Shown: positions 29,800 through 39,923 of the stretch, piece by piece
How the letters are laid out: each line of letters begins with the position of its first letter
Numbering within the stretch: the first letter of the stretch is position 1
From: an uncultured delta proteobacterium
Lineage (GTDB): Bacteria > Desulfobacterota > Desulfuromonadia > Geobacterales > DSM-12255
DNA length: 64,000 nt
NCBI GenBank assembly: GCA_963787125.1
Contig: CAWBBV010000007.1
Span: 256,001-320,000 of the forward strand
Reading direction: 5' to 3'
Program-made: the position numbers and the translations under genes
Notes under the pieces: model-generated
The model's input: only the letters and a program-made list of their open reading frames with translations
The model's database searches: none
What the model was told of the DNA's origin: nothing

Positions 29800-32700
29800 A
29801 TGAACAGTAAATTTGCAAAATGGGGCTTGTCACAACTGCTGATGTTAGTGATGCTCGTCGCAGCCGGTTCGGCATTTGCCGCCGCTGGTGATTCACTGCT
29901 TCACAACAGTAACAATCTCGGTACCAAGTATGGGACATGGGGCGTTACTGGTGGAACATACGGTCAATTTTCCTGTGCCACCTGCCATAACAAGACGACT
30001 AACAACGTCAAGCGGGTCGAAGGCTCGATACTTACCAAGTCGGTCACATTTAACAATATGACCGGATTTGGTGATGACTCGATCAGTCGCAGCACTTCAT
30101 TCCGGGTCTGCGAAGTCTGTCACACCCAGACAAAATATCACCAGTACAATAACACCGCTCAGTCTGGCGGCTTGACGCACCCTAACGGCGATTGTACTTC
30201 CTGCCACAAGCATAGCGATGCCTTCAGACCTTCTGCCTGCGATAGCTGCCATGGTCACAATGCTGCCAGCTCAAACCCGATAGTTACCGGACAGCATGCC
30301 GCGCATACTAATAACGTTGCAACCCTTGGCGTTAATTTCAGCTGCGCTGCCTGTCACGCTCCAACTGTCAGTGACGACACGACATTCAGTAATGCAGCCA
30401 ATCATAATAACGGTGTGAAAAACTACGGCGGCACCAACGCCGGTGCTTACACTGCCGGAACCGGCAACTGTACGGCAACCTGCCACACAGATGGCAAAGG
30501 TGGTGTTCCGGCAACTGCTGTCAACTGGAATGCCGGCCCTGCACTTGATTGCAAAGGCTGCCACGGCGGCGGTACCAGTCAGGCCGGTGAACCTGTTTAT
30601 ACCAGTGGCGCAGCCGGCAGCGCCACAGCAAATACCCACCCGAAGCATGTCGGCACAACCGGCGCCAATGCAACCTGTCAAAACTGCCACGGCGCAACCA
30701 TGAGCGGTACCGGTTTGAATGCCAGCGGCAAGCATGCAGATATGACTATCGATGTTGTCCAGGGTAACAGCAAAACATTTACCTACACAGTCGGCACCAA
30801 GACCTGTTCAACATCATCCTGCCACGGCGGTAATGGTATCTTTACTCCAGCAGCAGCCCAGTGGGGCGCCACCCTTAACTGTAACGGTTGCCACGGCGGC
30901 CCTGCAGCTCTCGGCAGCAACATCCTTGCCAGCGGCAAGCACACAGCACATATCAACAACGGCAACCTCGGAGCATTCGGCTGCGTTGAATGTCACGCCA
31001 AGACAGTATCAAGCGATACCGTCATTGGTACACCGGCAATGCACCTTAACAACATCATGAACTACTCCGGCGCCAAAGCCGGTAAGTCAAGCACCTACGC
31101 AGCAGGCAACTGTTCCGCCACCTACTGTCATACTGATGGTAAAGGGACAGCGAAGAGCATGGCTGCCAATCTCTGGACCGGTGCAACCACCCTTGACTGC
31201 AAAGGTTGCCACGGTTCCGACGCCTCCCCGGCCTTCACCAGCGTCGCTGGCGAGCCAAACTACACCAACGCCGGTGCCAACCTGGCTAAATCCAACAGCC
31301 ACCAGAAGCACACCACAGCCGGTGCCAGCAGCTGCGTAAGCTGCCATGGAACCACCGTTGACGCAGCCGGAGCCATTCTTGCCGGCGGCATCCACATTGA
31401 CAAGGCAATCACCGTAGTCCAAGGCGGAACCGCAACCCTGACCTACGGCGCCAACAAAACCTGTTCAACCAGCAGCTGCCACAGCGGCGGCGGCATCGTA
31501 GCATCAGTGGCAGCAGCCCAGTGGGGCGCCACCCTTAACTGTAACGGTTGCCACGGCGGCCCTGCAGCTCTCGGCAGCAACATCCTTGCCAGCGGCAAGC
31601 ACACAGCACATATCAACAACGGCAATCTCGGAGCATTCGGCTGCGTTGAATGTCACGCCAAGACAGTATCAAGCGATACCGTCATTGGTACACCGGCAAT
31701 GCACCTTAACAACATCATGAACTACTCCGGCGCCAAAGCCGGTAAGTCAAGCACCTACGCAGCAGGCAACTGTTCCGCCACCTACTGTCATACTGATGGT
31801 AAAGGGACAGCGAAGAGCATGGCTGCCAATCTCTGGACCGGTGCAACCACCCTTGACTGCAAAGGTTGCCACGGTTCCGACGCCTCCCCGGCCTTCACCA
31901 GCGTCGCTGGCGAGCCAAACTACACCAACGCCGGTGCCAACCTGGCTAAATCCAACAGCCACCAGAAGCACACCACAGCCGGTGCCAGCAGCTGCGTAAG
32001 CTGCCATGGAACCACCGTTGACGCAGCCGGAGCCATTCTTGCCGGCGGCATCCACATTGACAAGGCAATCACCGTAGTCCAAGGCGGAACCGCAACCCTG
32101 ACCTACGGCGCCAACAAAACCTGTTCAACCAGCAGCTGCCACAGCGGCGGCGGCATCGTAGCATCAGTGGCAGCAGCCCAGTGGGGCGCCACCCTTAACT
32201 GTAACGGTTGCCACGGCGGCCCTGCAGCTCTCGGCAGCAACATCCTTGCCAGCGGCAAGCACACAGCACATATCAACAACGGCAATCTCGGAGCATTCGG
32301 CTGCGTTGAATGTCACGCCAAGACAGTATCAAGCGATACCGTCATTGGTACACCGGCAATGCACCTTAACAACATCATGAACTACTCCGGCGCCAAAGCC
32401 GGTAAGTCAAGCACCTACGCAGCAGGCAACTGTTCCGCCACCTACTGTCATACTGATGGTAAAGGGACAGCGAAGAGCATGGCTGCCAATCTCTGGACCG
32501 GTGCAACCACCCTTGACTGCAAAGGTTGCCACGGTTCCGACGCCTCCCCGGCCTTCACCAGCGTCGCTGGCGAGCCAAACTACACCAACGCCGGTGCCAA
32601 CCTGGCTAAATCCAACAGCCACCAGAAGCACACCACAGCCGGTGCCAGCAGCTGCGTAAGCTGCCATGGAACCACCGTTGACGCAGCCGGAGCCATTCTT

Positions 32701-34506
32701 GCCGGCGGCATCCACATTGACAAGGCAATCACCGTAGTCCAAGGCGGAACCGCAACCCTGACCTACGGCGCCAACAAAACCTGTTCAACCAGCAGCTGCC
32801 ACAGCGGCGGCGGTATTGTCTCCGGCGTAGCTGCTGCTCAGTGGGGCGCAACTCTTGATTGTGCCGGTTGTCATGGTAACAAAGCCAACGCTGCAACCAA
32901 GCTGTCCGGCGCTCATAATTCTCACTTGAACAGTGCGTCAACGGGTGGAAACTTCAGCTGCGTAGATTGCCACGCAAATACAGTATCAAGCGATACAGTA
33001 ATCAGCAACACAGCTAATCACATGAACAGCCTGAAGAACTTCTCCGGCGCCAAGGCTGGAAAAAATGTAACCTGCGCAACCATCTACTGTCACTCCAACG
33101 GCAGAGGTAGTTTCGCTGTTATCCCGACATGGACCAGTGGCACGAACCTTGATTGTAACGGTTGCCATGGTAGCGCTGCTGCACCTCTCAGCACAAACTA
33201 TGCACACACAACACACGTTGTCACCAAGGGCTTTACCTGTAATTACTGCCACAGTGCTACAACCACCAATGGTACAAGTATAACCGGCTCTACTCACATC
33301 GACGGCAGCGTTAATATTCAGGTCGGTGCTTCATTAACATTCAATTCCAAGTCAGTAAGTTTCACCGGTGCAGGTACGACCTGTAGCAATATCTCCTGCC
33401 ACTCACCAGGAGCAGGAGCTAATGCAGGTACTGCTACTTGGGGTGTGAAAGCTACTTGCGAAACCTGTCACCCGAAAGCCGGACTCTCCGGTAACCACGC
33501 TGTCCATATGGGTGCTCTTACCCTTACTGACAGTGCAATACTTTACAACATGACTGCTAACCGCACTCCGGTTGCTAACGACACAGTCAAGCAGTACGGT
33601 TTTGGTTGTGCAAGCTGTCACCCGATGGATATTGCCAACCACCTTAACGGCTCAATCGACGTTGATATGGGCGCCAAGGTTGCCGGGGTCGGCACAATCC
33701 GCTTCCTCAACTCGACAACAGCCGGCCAGCTGCCTAGCTACTCTAGCGGAGCATGCAGCAATATTTACTGCCATAGTAATGCTTCAAGGGTTGCCACCGA
33801 GCTTGTCTACAAACCGACCCCAGCGTGGGTAGGTGGTTCATTCACTGGCGATCGCTGCGCTGCCTGCCATGCAAATCAGCCGGTTACAGGCGCCCATTCT
33901 GCTCACGCAGTCGGTAATCATACTGACAATATCTATAATGGCAAAAATGGTAAAATCGCTACCAGCGGCAGAGCTAATACTGCTCACGGAAATCCAGATA
34001 ACTCCACTACAATCGGCTGTTATATCTGCCACCAGGGGACTGTAACCAGCAAGGCTAACGACCTGAATGTCAAGTGCGTAGGTTGTCACTACTCCGGCAA
34101 CACAGTCGGCGCTACCCTTAAAGGCGTTGCGACTATCGCAAATCTCAAGAACCATGTTAACGGTACACGCGAGATTCAGTTCCTCGCTGTCAACGTAAAA
34201 AGCAAAGCCCAGATCAGAAACGAAAGCTTCAATTTCTACTCAGGTGTCTGGCAGCGTAGCTCATACAAAAACATGTCAACACTCTCATACGACACAGCCA
34301 AAGTTGCTTTGGATACAGCATCTATGTGGCATCCAGGTTCGCCTATGCAGAGCAGCTGTACCAATGTTGCCTGTCACAACCTGACAAACAAGTTTGTCAA
34401 ATACAGTTCAGCTAACGGTAAGGGCATTGGTCTCAAACCGGTATTCTGGAACCTTGCAAACTGGAACGATGCCAACAAGTGTATGGACTGTCACGACAAG
34501 CTCTAA
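29800..34506 (+). CDS. Giant multiheme c-type cytochrome (CxxCH/CxxxxCH-domain, extracellular type), ~41 heme motifs
   Basis: GGAGGA RBS before ATG 29800; signal peptide ending AFA; my count is 29 CxxCH + 1 CxxxCH + 11 CxxxxCH; rich in T/A/G/S/N. Confidence 0.92.
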   Translation: MNSKFAKWGLSQLLMLVMLVAAGSAFAAAGDSLLHNSNNLGTKYGTWGVTGGTYGQFSCATCHNKTTNNVKRVEGSILTKSVTFNNMTGFGDDSISRSTSFRVCEVCHTQTKYHQYNNTAQSGGLTHPNGDCTSCHKHSDAFRPSACDSCHGHNAASSNPIVTGQHAAHTNNVATLGVNFSCAACHAPTVSDDTTFSNAANHNNGVKNYGGTNAGAYTAGTGNCTATCHTDGKGGVPATAVNWNAGPALDCKGCHGGGTSQAGEPVYTSGAAGSATANTHPKHVGTTGANATCQNCHGATMSGTGLNASGKHADMTIDVVQGNSKTFTYTVGTKTCSTSSCHGGNGIFTPAAAQWGATLNCNGCHGGPAALGSNILASGKHTAHINNGNLGAFGCVECHAKTVSSDTVIGTPAMHLNNIMNYSGAKAGKSSTYAAGNCSATYCHTDGKGTAKSMAANLWTGATTLDCKGCHGSDASPAFTSVAGEPNYTNAGANLAKSNSHQKHTTAGASSCVSCHGTTVDAAGAILAGGIHIDKAITVVQGGTATLTYGANKTCSTSSCHSGGGIVASVAAAQWGATLNCNGCHGGPAALGSNILASGKHTAHINNGNLGAFGCVECHAKTVSSDTVIGTPAMHLNNIMNYSGAKAGKSSTYAAGNCSATYCHTDGKGTAKSMAANLWTGATTLDCKGCHGSDASPAFTSVAGEPNYTNAGANLAKSNSHQKHTTAGASSCVSCHGTTVDAAGAILAGGIHIDKAITVVQGGTATLTYGANKTCSTSSCHSGGGIVASVAAAQWGATLNCNGCHGGPAALGSNILASGKHTAHINNGNLGAFGCVECHAKTVSSDTVIGTPAMHLNNIMNYSGAKAGKSSTYAAGNCSATYCHTDGKGTAKSMAANLWTGATTLDCKGCHGSDASPAFTSVAGEPNYTNAGANLAKSNSHQKHTTAGASSCVSCHGTTVDAAGAILAGGIHIDKAITVVQGGTATLTYGANKTCSTSSCHSGGGIVSGVAAAQWGATLDCAGCHGNKANAATKLSGAHNSHLNSASTGGNFSCVDCHANTVSSDTVISNTANHMNSLKNFSGAKAGKNVTCATIYCHSNGRGSFAVIPTWTSGTNLDCNGCHGSAAAPLSTNYAHTTHVVTKGFTCNYCHSATTTNGTSITGSTHIDGSVNIQVGASLTFNSKSVSFTGAGTTCSNISCHSPGAGANAGTATWGVKATCETCHPKAGLSGNHAVHMGALTLTDSAILYNMTANRTPVANDTVKQYGFGCASCHPMDIANHLNGSIDVDMGAKVAGVGTIRFLNSTTAGQLPSYSSGACSNIYCHSNASRVATELVYKPTPAWVGGSFTGDRCAACHANQPVTGAHSAHAVGNHTDNIYNGKNGKIATSGRANTAHGNPDNSTTIGCYICHQGTVTSKANDLNVKCVGCHYSGNTVGATLKGVATIANLKNHVNGTREIQFLAVNVKSKAQIRNESFNFYSGVWQRSSYKNMSTLSYDTAKVALDTASMWHPGSPMQSSCTNVACHNLTNKFVKYSSANGKGIGLKPVFWNLANWNDANKCMDCHDKL
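30850..32813 (+). repeat. Three near-perfect in-frame 660-bp tandem repeats (220 aa, 6 heme motifs each)
   Basis: Sequence repeats at +660 and +1320; only one synonymous difference seen (C at 30966 vs T at 31626/32286). Confidence 0.95.
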
Positions 34507-34542
34507 CATTAGCAGTTAATAGCTTGATTACATGGTAACATT

Positions 34543-34575
34543 GCCCCCTGATCGTTTCGGTCAGGGGGTTTTTTT
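34543..34575 (+). terminator. Intrinsic terminator after the cytochrome gene
   Basis: gccccctgatcg-ttt-cggtcagggggt then T run. Confidence 0.85.
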
Positions 34576-34589
34576 ATGGTAGCCGGTTA

Positions 34590-34617
34590 TTGAAGTTGCC
34601 GGATATTTGTGTATAAT
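34590..34617 (+). promoter_or_regulatory. Sigma70-type promoter candidate for the DUF4337 gene
   Basis: TTGAAG-N16-TATAAT ending 35 bp upstream of the ATG. Confidence 0.45.
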
Positions 34618-34652
34618 GCGCGCAATCTAGAACGCACGGAGGATACAACCTA

Positions 34653-35189
34653 ATGGCTGACGACAAAAAAGAGCCCTGGCTTAACTATCTGGCGCTAACG
34701 ACCGTAATACTTGCTGTCTGTGCAACACTTTCCACCTTCAAAGGTGGCGGTTACTCGACAAGGTCTGTCATGAGTCAGACACAAGCATCTGATCAGTGGG
34801 CATATTTCCAGTCAAAGAGCATTAAGAGTTATCTGTACGAGATGCAGAAAGACAAGATGGAGCTTGAGCTCAAAGCTGGCAGCGGAAAAATATCAAGAGA
34901 TGCGGCGGAAGAGTATTCAAAACGGATTGATGATTATGGCAAAAAAATAGCTAAATATGATAAAGAAAAAACTGATATTCAGGCTGAAGCCAAGCGGTTT
35001 GAATCGGTGAGAAACGATGCGCAAAAGCATTCGCAAATATTCGGAATTGCGGTCATCTATCTGCAGATTGCAATACTGCTGTCGTCCATAGCAGCGCTGA
35101 TAAAGAAGAAGATGCTCTGGCTGCTGGGTGTTATTGTCGGCTGTGTCGGAGTCGTATATTTTGCCAATGGATTTTTTCTGTTCATGTAA
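34653..35189 (+). CDS. DUF4337-family membrane protein
   Basis: LALTTVILAV, ASDQWAYFQSKSIK, LQIAILLSSIA. Confidence 0.75.
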   Translation: MADDKKEPWLNYLALTTVILAVCATLSTFKGGGYSTRSVMSQTQASDQWAYFQSKSIKSYLYEMQKDKMELELKAGSGKISRDAAEEYSKRIDDYGKKIAKYDKEKTDIQAEAKRFESVRNDAQKHSQIFGIAVIYLQIAILLSSIAALIKKKMLWLLGVIVGCVGVVYFANGFFLFM

Positions 35190-35211
35190 ATCAGATTCAG
35201 TCTGATTTTAT

Positions 35212-35247
35212 AAAAGCCCCTCAAACTTATGGTTTGAGGGGCTTTTT
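35212..35247 (+). terminator. Intrinsic (possibly bidirectional) terminator
   Basis: aaaagcccctcaaac-ttatg-gtttgaggggcttttt. Confidence 0.85.
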
Positions 35248-35386
35248 CGTTTTAATCAGAATTTGAAGCTGCAATTAGCGATAATTTATAAACAAGTAAA
35301 GTCAAGTGAGTGATTATATGTATTTTTATAAAATAAAATCGACACTAAATGAAATAGTGCCGCCTTGATTGGATATTCCGTCTTTT

Positions 35387-35428
35387 TTGACTTGTGTCAT
35401 AAGCAAACGGCATTTTACAAAATATGGT
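35387..35428 (+). promoter_or_regulatory. Crp/Fnr-family (Fnr/HcpR-like) box with class II -10, upstream of the nar cluster
   Basis: TTGAC-ttgt-GTCAT (35387-35400); TATGGT at 35423, same spacing as the 48382 site. Confidence 0.6.
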
Positions 35429-35509
35429 GGTTGAAAGGCATCTGTGACGAGTGTCTTAAGTTTTTTGTTTATAACGCCATTTATCAGAAAATTAGCGGAG
35501 GGACTCAGA

Positions 35510-36343
35510 ATGAAATGTCACCTTAAGGTCTGCTCAGCAACTGTGGTAATGATGATTTTTTTATTCGCCAGCACTGCAAAAGCGAATGACGGCAAAATAG
35601 TGTTCGACAAGCAGTGCGCCAGTTGCCACACCATCGGTGGTGGTGAAAGTGGCGGCCCGGATCTAATAGGGATTACAGGAAAGCGTCCCGAAGCATGGTT
35701 GGTCCGGGTAATAGTCGAACCTGATAAGCTGACTGCTGAAAAGGATCCTGTTCAAGAGGGATTGATTAAGAAGTTCGGCTTTGAGATGCCGAATATTGGA
35801 GTTAATCGGGAAGATGCAAAAAAAATAATCTCCTATTTGCAGCAGAGTGGCGCAGATGGACATACGGCAAAGAGCTCTGTTAAGGGTGCTCCGGATGTGC
35901 AGACTAAAAAAGTGACTGAAAGTGCCCCAGCCATAAAACAAGCAGAGCTCTTACTTACTCCGGAATTGATTGCTAGCGGGCGGGCTCTGTTTATCGGCGA
36001 AAAGAAGTTCTCCAAGGGTGGCGCATCATGCTCATCATGCCATGCTTTCGGAGCTCAAGGCGTTGCCAGCGGCAATCTGGCAGCAGATCTTACCAGCATA
36101 TATGACAAAATGGGTGAACAGGGGATGCGTGGGGTTCTTAAAGCGCTTAAATTCCCGATCATGAAGAAGATCTATGCTGATAAACCGTTGACGGATGAAG
36201 AGGTAACCGCTTTGGTCGCCTTTGCCAAAGATGCGGCAACAAAAAAATCTGCACCTGATGGAGGTAGTTTTCCTCTGGCAGGTATTGTTGTCTTTATCTG
36301 TGCAATTATTGCTTTAAGTCTCTACAAGAGGAGGATTGGCTAA
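35510..36343 (+). CDS. Diheme cytochrome c with C-terminal membrane anchor (NarC-like)
   Basis: Signal peptide, CASCH...GPDL and CSSCH, C-terminal TM helix; RBS GGAGGG before ATG 35510; stop overlaps narG start. Confidence 0.85.
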   Translation: MKCHLKVCSATVVMMIFLFASTAKANDGKIVFDKQCASCHTIGGGESGGPDLIGITGKRPEAWLVRVIVEPDKLTAEKDPVQEGLIKKFGFEMPNIGVNREDAKKIISYLQQSGADGHTAKSSVKGAPDVQTKKVTESAPAIKQAELLLTPELIASGRALFIGEKKFSKGGASCSSCHAFGAQGVASGNLAADLTSIYDKMGEQGMRGVLKALKFPIMKKIYADKPLTDEEVTALVAFAKDAATKKSAPDGGSFPLAGIVVFICAIIALSLYKRRIG

Positions 36344-39300
36344 TGTCGCATGAACGAATTAAAGATGAGGTTTGTCCGGCAGGCCAGGAGTGGGAGGAGT
36401 TTTACCGCAATCGCTGGCAATATGACAAAGTGGTGCGTAGTGCCCACGGGGTCAACTGCACCGGTGCCTGTAGCTGGATGGTGCATGTAAAGGACGGTAT
36501 TGTCGCCTGGGAGCTGCAAGCCAACGACTATCCACAATTCAACGGGGACATCCCCAATCATGAGCCGCGTGGATGTCCCCGGGGGATAAGCTTTTCCTGG
36601 TACCTCTACTCTCCGCTGCGCGTCAAGCATCCCTACATGCGCGGTGTGCTGATAGATCTCTGGCGCCGGGCGCGGACAGTTCATGCTGATCCGTTCGAGG
36701 CGTGGAAAAGCATCGTCGAGAACCCCGAGTCGCGCGAGAGCTATGTCACGAAACGCGGCATGGGGGGCTTCCGCCGCTCCTCCTGGGACGAAGCGAATGA
36801 ACTGATCGCCGCCTCATCCCTCTACACCGCCAAGAAGCATGGTCCGGACCGGGTCATCGGCTTTTCTCCCATTCCGGCGATGTCGATGATCAGTTACGCG
36901 GCCGGTACCCGTTTTCTCCAGCTGCTTGGCGGCGTTGCCATGAGTTTCTACGACTGGTACTGCGACCTGCCACCGGCCTCACCCCAGGTCTGGGGCGAAC
37001 AGACCGACGTCAATGAATCGGCTGACTGGTATAACGCCTCCTATATAGTCCTCTGTGGATCAAATGTTCCCATGACCCGCACTCCTGACGCCCATTTTAT
37101 GACCGAGGCCCGCTACCGCGGCACCAAGGTCGTGGTCATGTCGCCGGATTACAACATGGCCTGCAAGTTTGCCGACGCCTGGATGCCGGTTGAACAGGGT
37201 CATGACGGCGCCTTCTGGATGGCGGTTAATCATGTCATCCTGACCGAATTCTATGCAAATCGCCAAGTTTCATTCTTCGACGACTATGTGCGCAAGTACA
37301 CCGATCTGCCGTTTCTGGTTAAACTGTCCGAAAAGGACGGTACCCTGCGCCAGGGAGAATTCCTGCGTGCCTCTGAAATGGAGCGGGCCTCCGGCATCGA
37401 GAACGCCGACTGGACGCTCTGCGTCGGCGATAGCGCCGGCAACGTCCGCATCCCCCATGGCAGCCTGGGTTCACGCTGGAGCAAGCAGGAGGGGAACTGG
37501 AATCTGGACATGACCGATCTCGTGGATGGCGGCGAAATCGACTGCGCCCTGACCAACCTGGGCCAAAAAAGTGCTGCTGTCCGCTTTACCTTCGAGGCTG
37601 ACGGCGATGTTGTCAGAAGTGTTCCGGTACGACACGTCATGACAAATGATGGCGAGGTTACCGTCGCCACCGTGTTTGACCTTATGATGGCCCAGTTCGG
37701 CGTTGCGCGGGGTCTTGACGGTGATTACCCGAAAGACTATCAAGATGACAAACCGTTTACTCCGGCCTGGCAGGAAAAATATACCGGCATAGCTGCCGAG
37801 AGCCTGATCACCATGGCTCGTGAATGGGCAGTTAACGGCGAACAGAGCGGCGGTCGCAATATGATCATCGTTGGTGCCGGTATCAACCACTGGTACCACA
37901 ACGACCTGATCTACCGGGCCGCCATCACCGCCCTGATACTGACCGGGAGCGTCGGCAGGAATGGCGGCGGACTCGGCCATTACGTCGGCCAGGAGAAGGT
38001 CGTGCCGCTGGCCCCCTGGACCAGCATCGCCATGGCCCAGGACTGGACCAAGGCATCAAGGCTGCAAAATACCCCCAGTTTCTGGTACATGCACTCCGAC
38101 CAATGGCGCTATGACCGCAACTTTGTCGACTATTTCAAGCCGGAGACCGGCGAAAACATGCCGATGCATACCGCCGATTTTAATGCCAAAGCGGTTCGGC
38201 TCGGCTGGCTTCCCTTCTCACCCCATTTCAACGAGAGCCCGATCCGTTTGATGGAGCAGGCTGCCGCAGCCGGTGCCACGACCGATGACGAAGTCCGTGC
38301 CTGGTTGGTGGGGCGGCTCAAGAGCGGCGCAACCCGTTTCGCCATTGAAGATCCGGACGGGGAGGGGAATTCTCCCAAGGTCTGGTTTATCTGGCGCGGC
38401 AACGCCATCTCTTCCAGCGCCAAAGGACACGAATTTTTCCTCAAGCATGTCATCGGCGCTCCCAACAGCAGCTTTACTGCCAGAGAGGCGGCCAAGGGGC
38501 AGGTCAAGGATATCGTCTGGCACGAGAAAGCCCCCAGCGGCAAGATGGATCTGGTGGTTGACCTGAACTTCCGCATGGACACATCGACCCTCTATTCCGA
38601 CATCGTGCTGCCGGCCGCGACCTGGTACGAGAAATCGGATCTGAATACCACTGACATGCACTCATTTGTCAACTGCATGGACGCTGCCGTTGATCCGGCC
38701 TGGGAATCCAAATCAGATTGGAGCATTTTCGCGGACATCGCTAAAAAAGTCAGCGAACTTGCGCCCGGACATTTCCCGCTACCGTTCAAGGATATCCTGG
38801 CGACGCCGCTGTTGCACGACACCCCGGGGGAAATCGCCCAGCGGAGTGTCAAGGACTGGAAACTGGGGGAGTGTGAGGCAATTCCGGGCAAGACCATGCC
38901 GAACTTACCCATCGTCGAGCGTGATTACGTCAATCTCTATAACCGTTTCATGTCGCTCGGACCACACATTGGTCACCTCCACGCCCACGGCGTGAATTTT
39001 GAGGCGGAGGATGTGCACGCAAAGCTCCTCAAGGAGATGCCGACCCGTTCATGGGGGGGTAAAACCTGCATCGATCTGGAAGATGCCCGTATCGTCGCAG
39101 ACGTGCTGATGGCTTTTGCCCCGGAAACCAACGGTGAACTGGCCCATCGTGCCTATCAGAATCTGGAGAAGCGGGTCGGCAAGCCGCTCAGTCAGATTTC
39201 TGCCGGTAACCGCGACTTCCGCGTCAGTTGGGAGGATATCACCCAGAAGCCGCAACGTTTTATCAGTACGCCGGTCTGGAGTGGACTGGTCAACGAGAAT

Positions 39301-39919
39301 CGACCGTACGCCCCATACACCCTCAATGTGGAGCATGGCGTCCCCTGGCGCACCCTCATCCGGACGCCAGTCACTCTACCTCGATCACCCTTATTACGGC
39401 GAATTCCATGAGGGGTTGCCGACTTTCAAGGCAAAGCTCGACACGGCCATCCTGGACGAAACCGAGGGTGAAACCGGCCTGGTTCTGAATTTTCTTACGC
39501 CACACGGCAAGTGGGGCATCCATTCCACCTACACCGACAACCAGCGGATGCTGACTCTTTCGCGGGGTGGTCCGGTCGTCTGGCTCAACCATGAAGATGC
39601 TGCCGGTGCCGGGATTGAAGATAACGAGGCGATCGAGGTCTTTAACGCCAACGGCGTCGTCACCAGCCGCGCCTGTGTTTCGTCGCGGATTCCAAAAGGA
39701 GCTGCCGTCATGTATCACGCTCCGGAGAGAACCCTCGATGTGAAAAAGTCCCGCAAAAGCGGCAAGCGCGGCGGCGTGCACAACAGCCTCTCCCGTATCC
39801 GACTGAAGCCGACGCTGATGCTTGGCGGCTATGCACAGTTCAGTTACTACTTCAACTACTGGGGGCCGACCGGAGTTAACCGGGATAGCTACGTGGTTGT
39901 CAGAAAGTTGAGGGGGTGA
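36343..39919 (+). CDS. narG: Respiratory nitrate reductase alpha subunit; +1 frameshift near 39358
   Basis: HGVNCTGACSW, PRGCPRG, SFYDWYCDLPPASPQ, WRTL/SGRQ, TPHGKWGIHSTY; no Tat motif seen. Confidence 0.95.
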
Positions 39920-39923
39920 AACG

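Noticed and set aside
31087..32742. Repeated antisense and alternate-frame ORFs (111, 67 and 60 aa)
   Set aside because: Shadows of the 660-bp repeat in the cytochrome gene.
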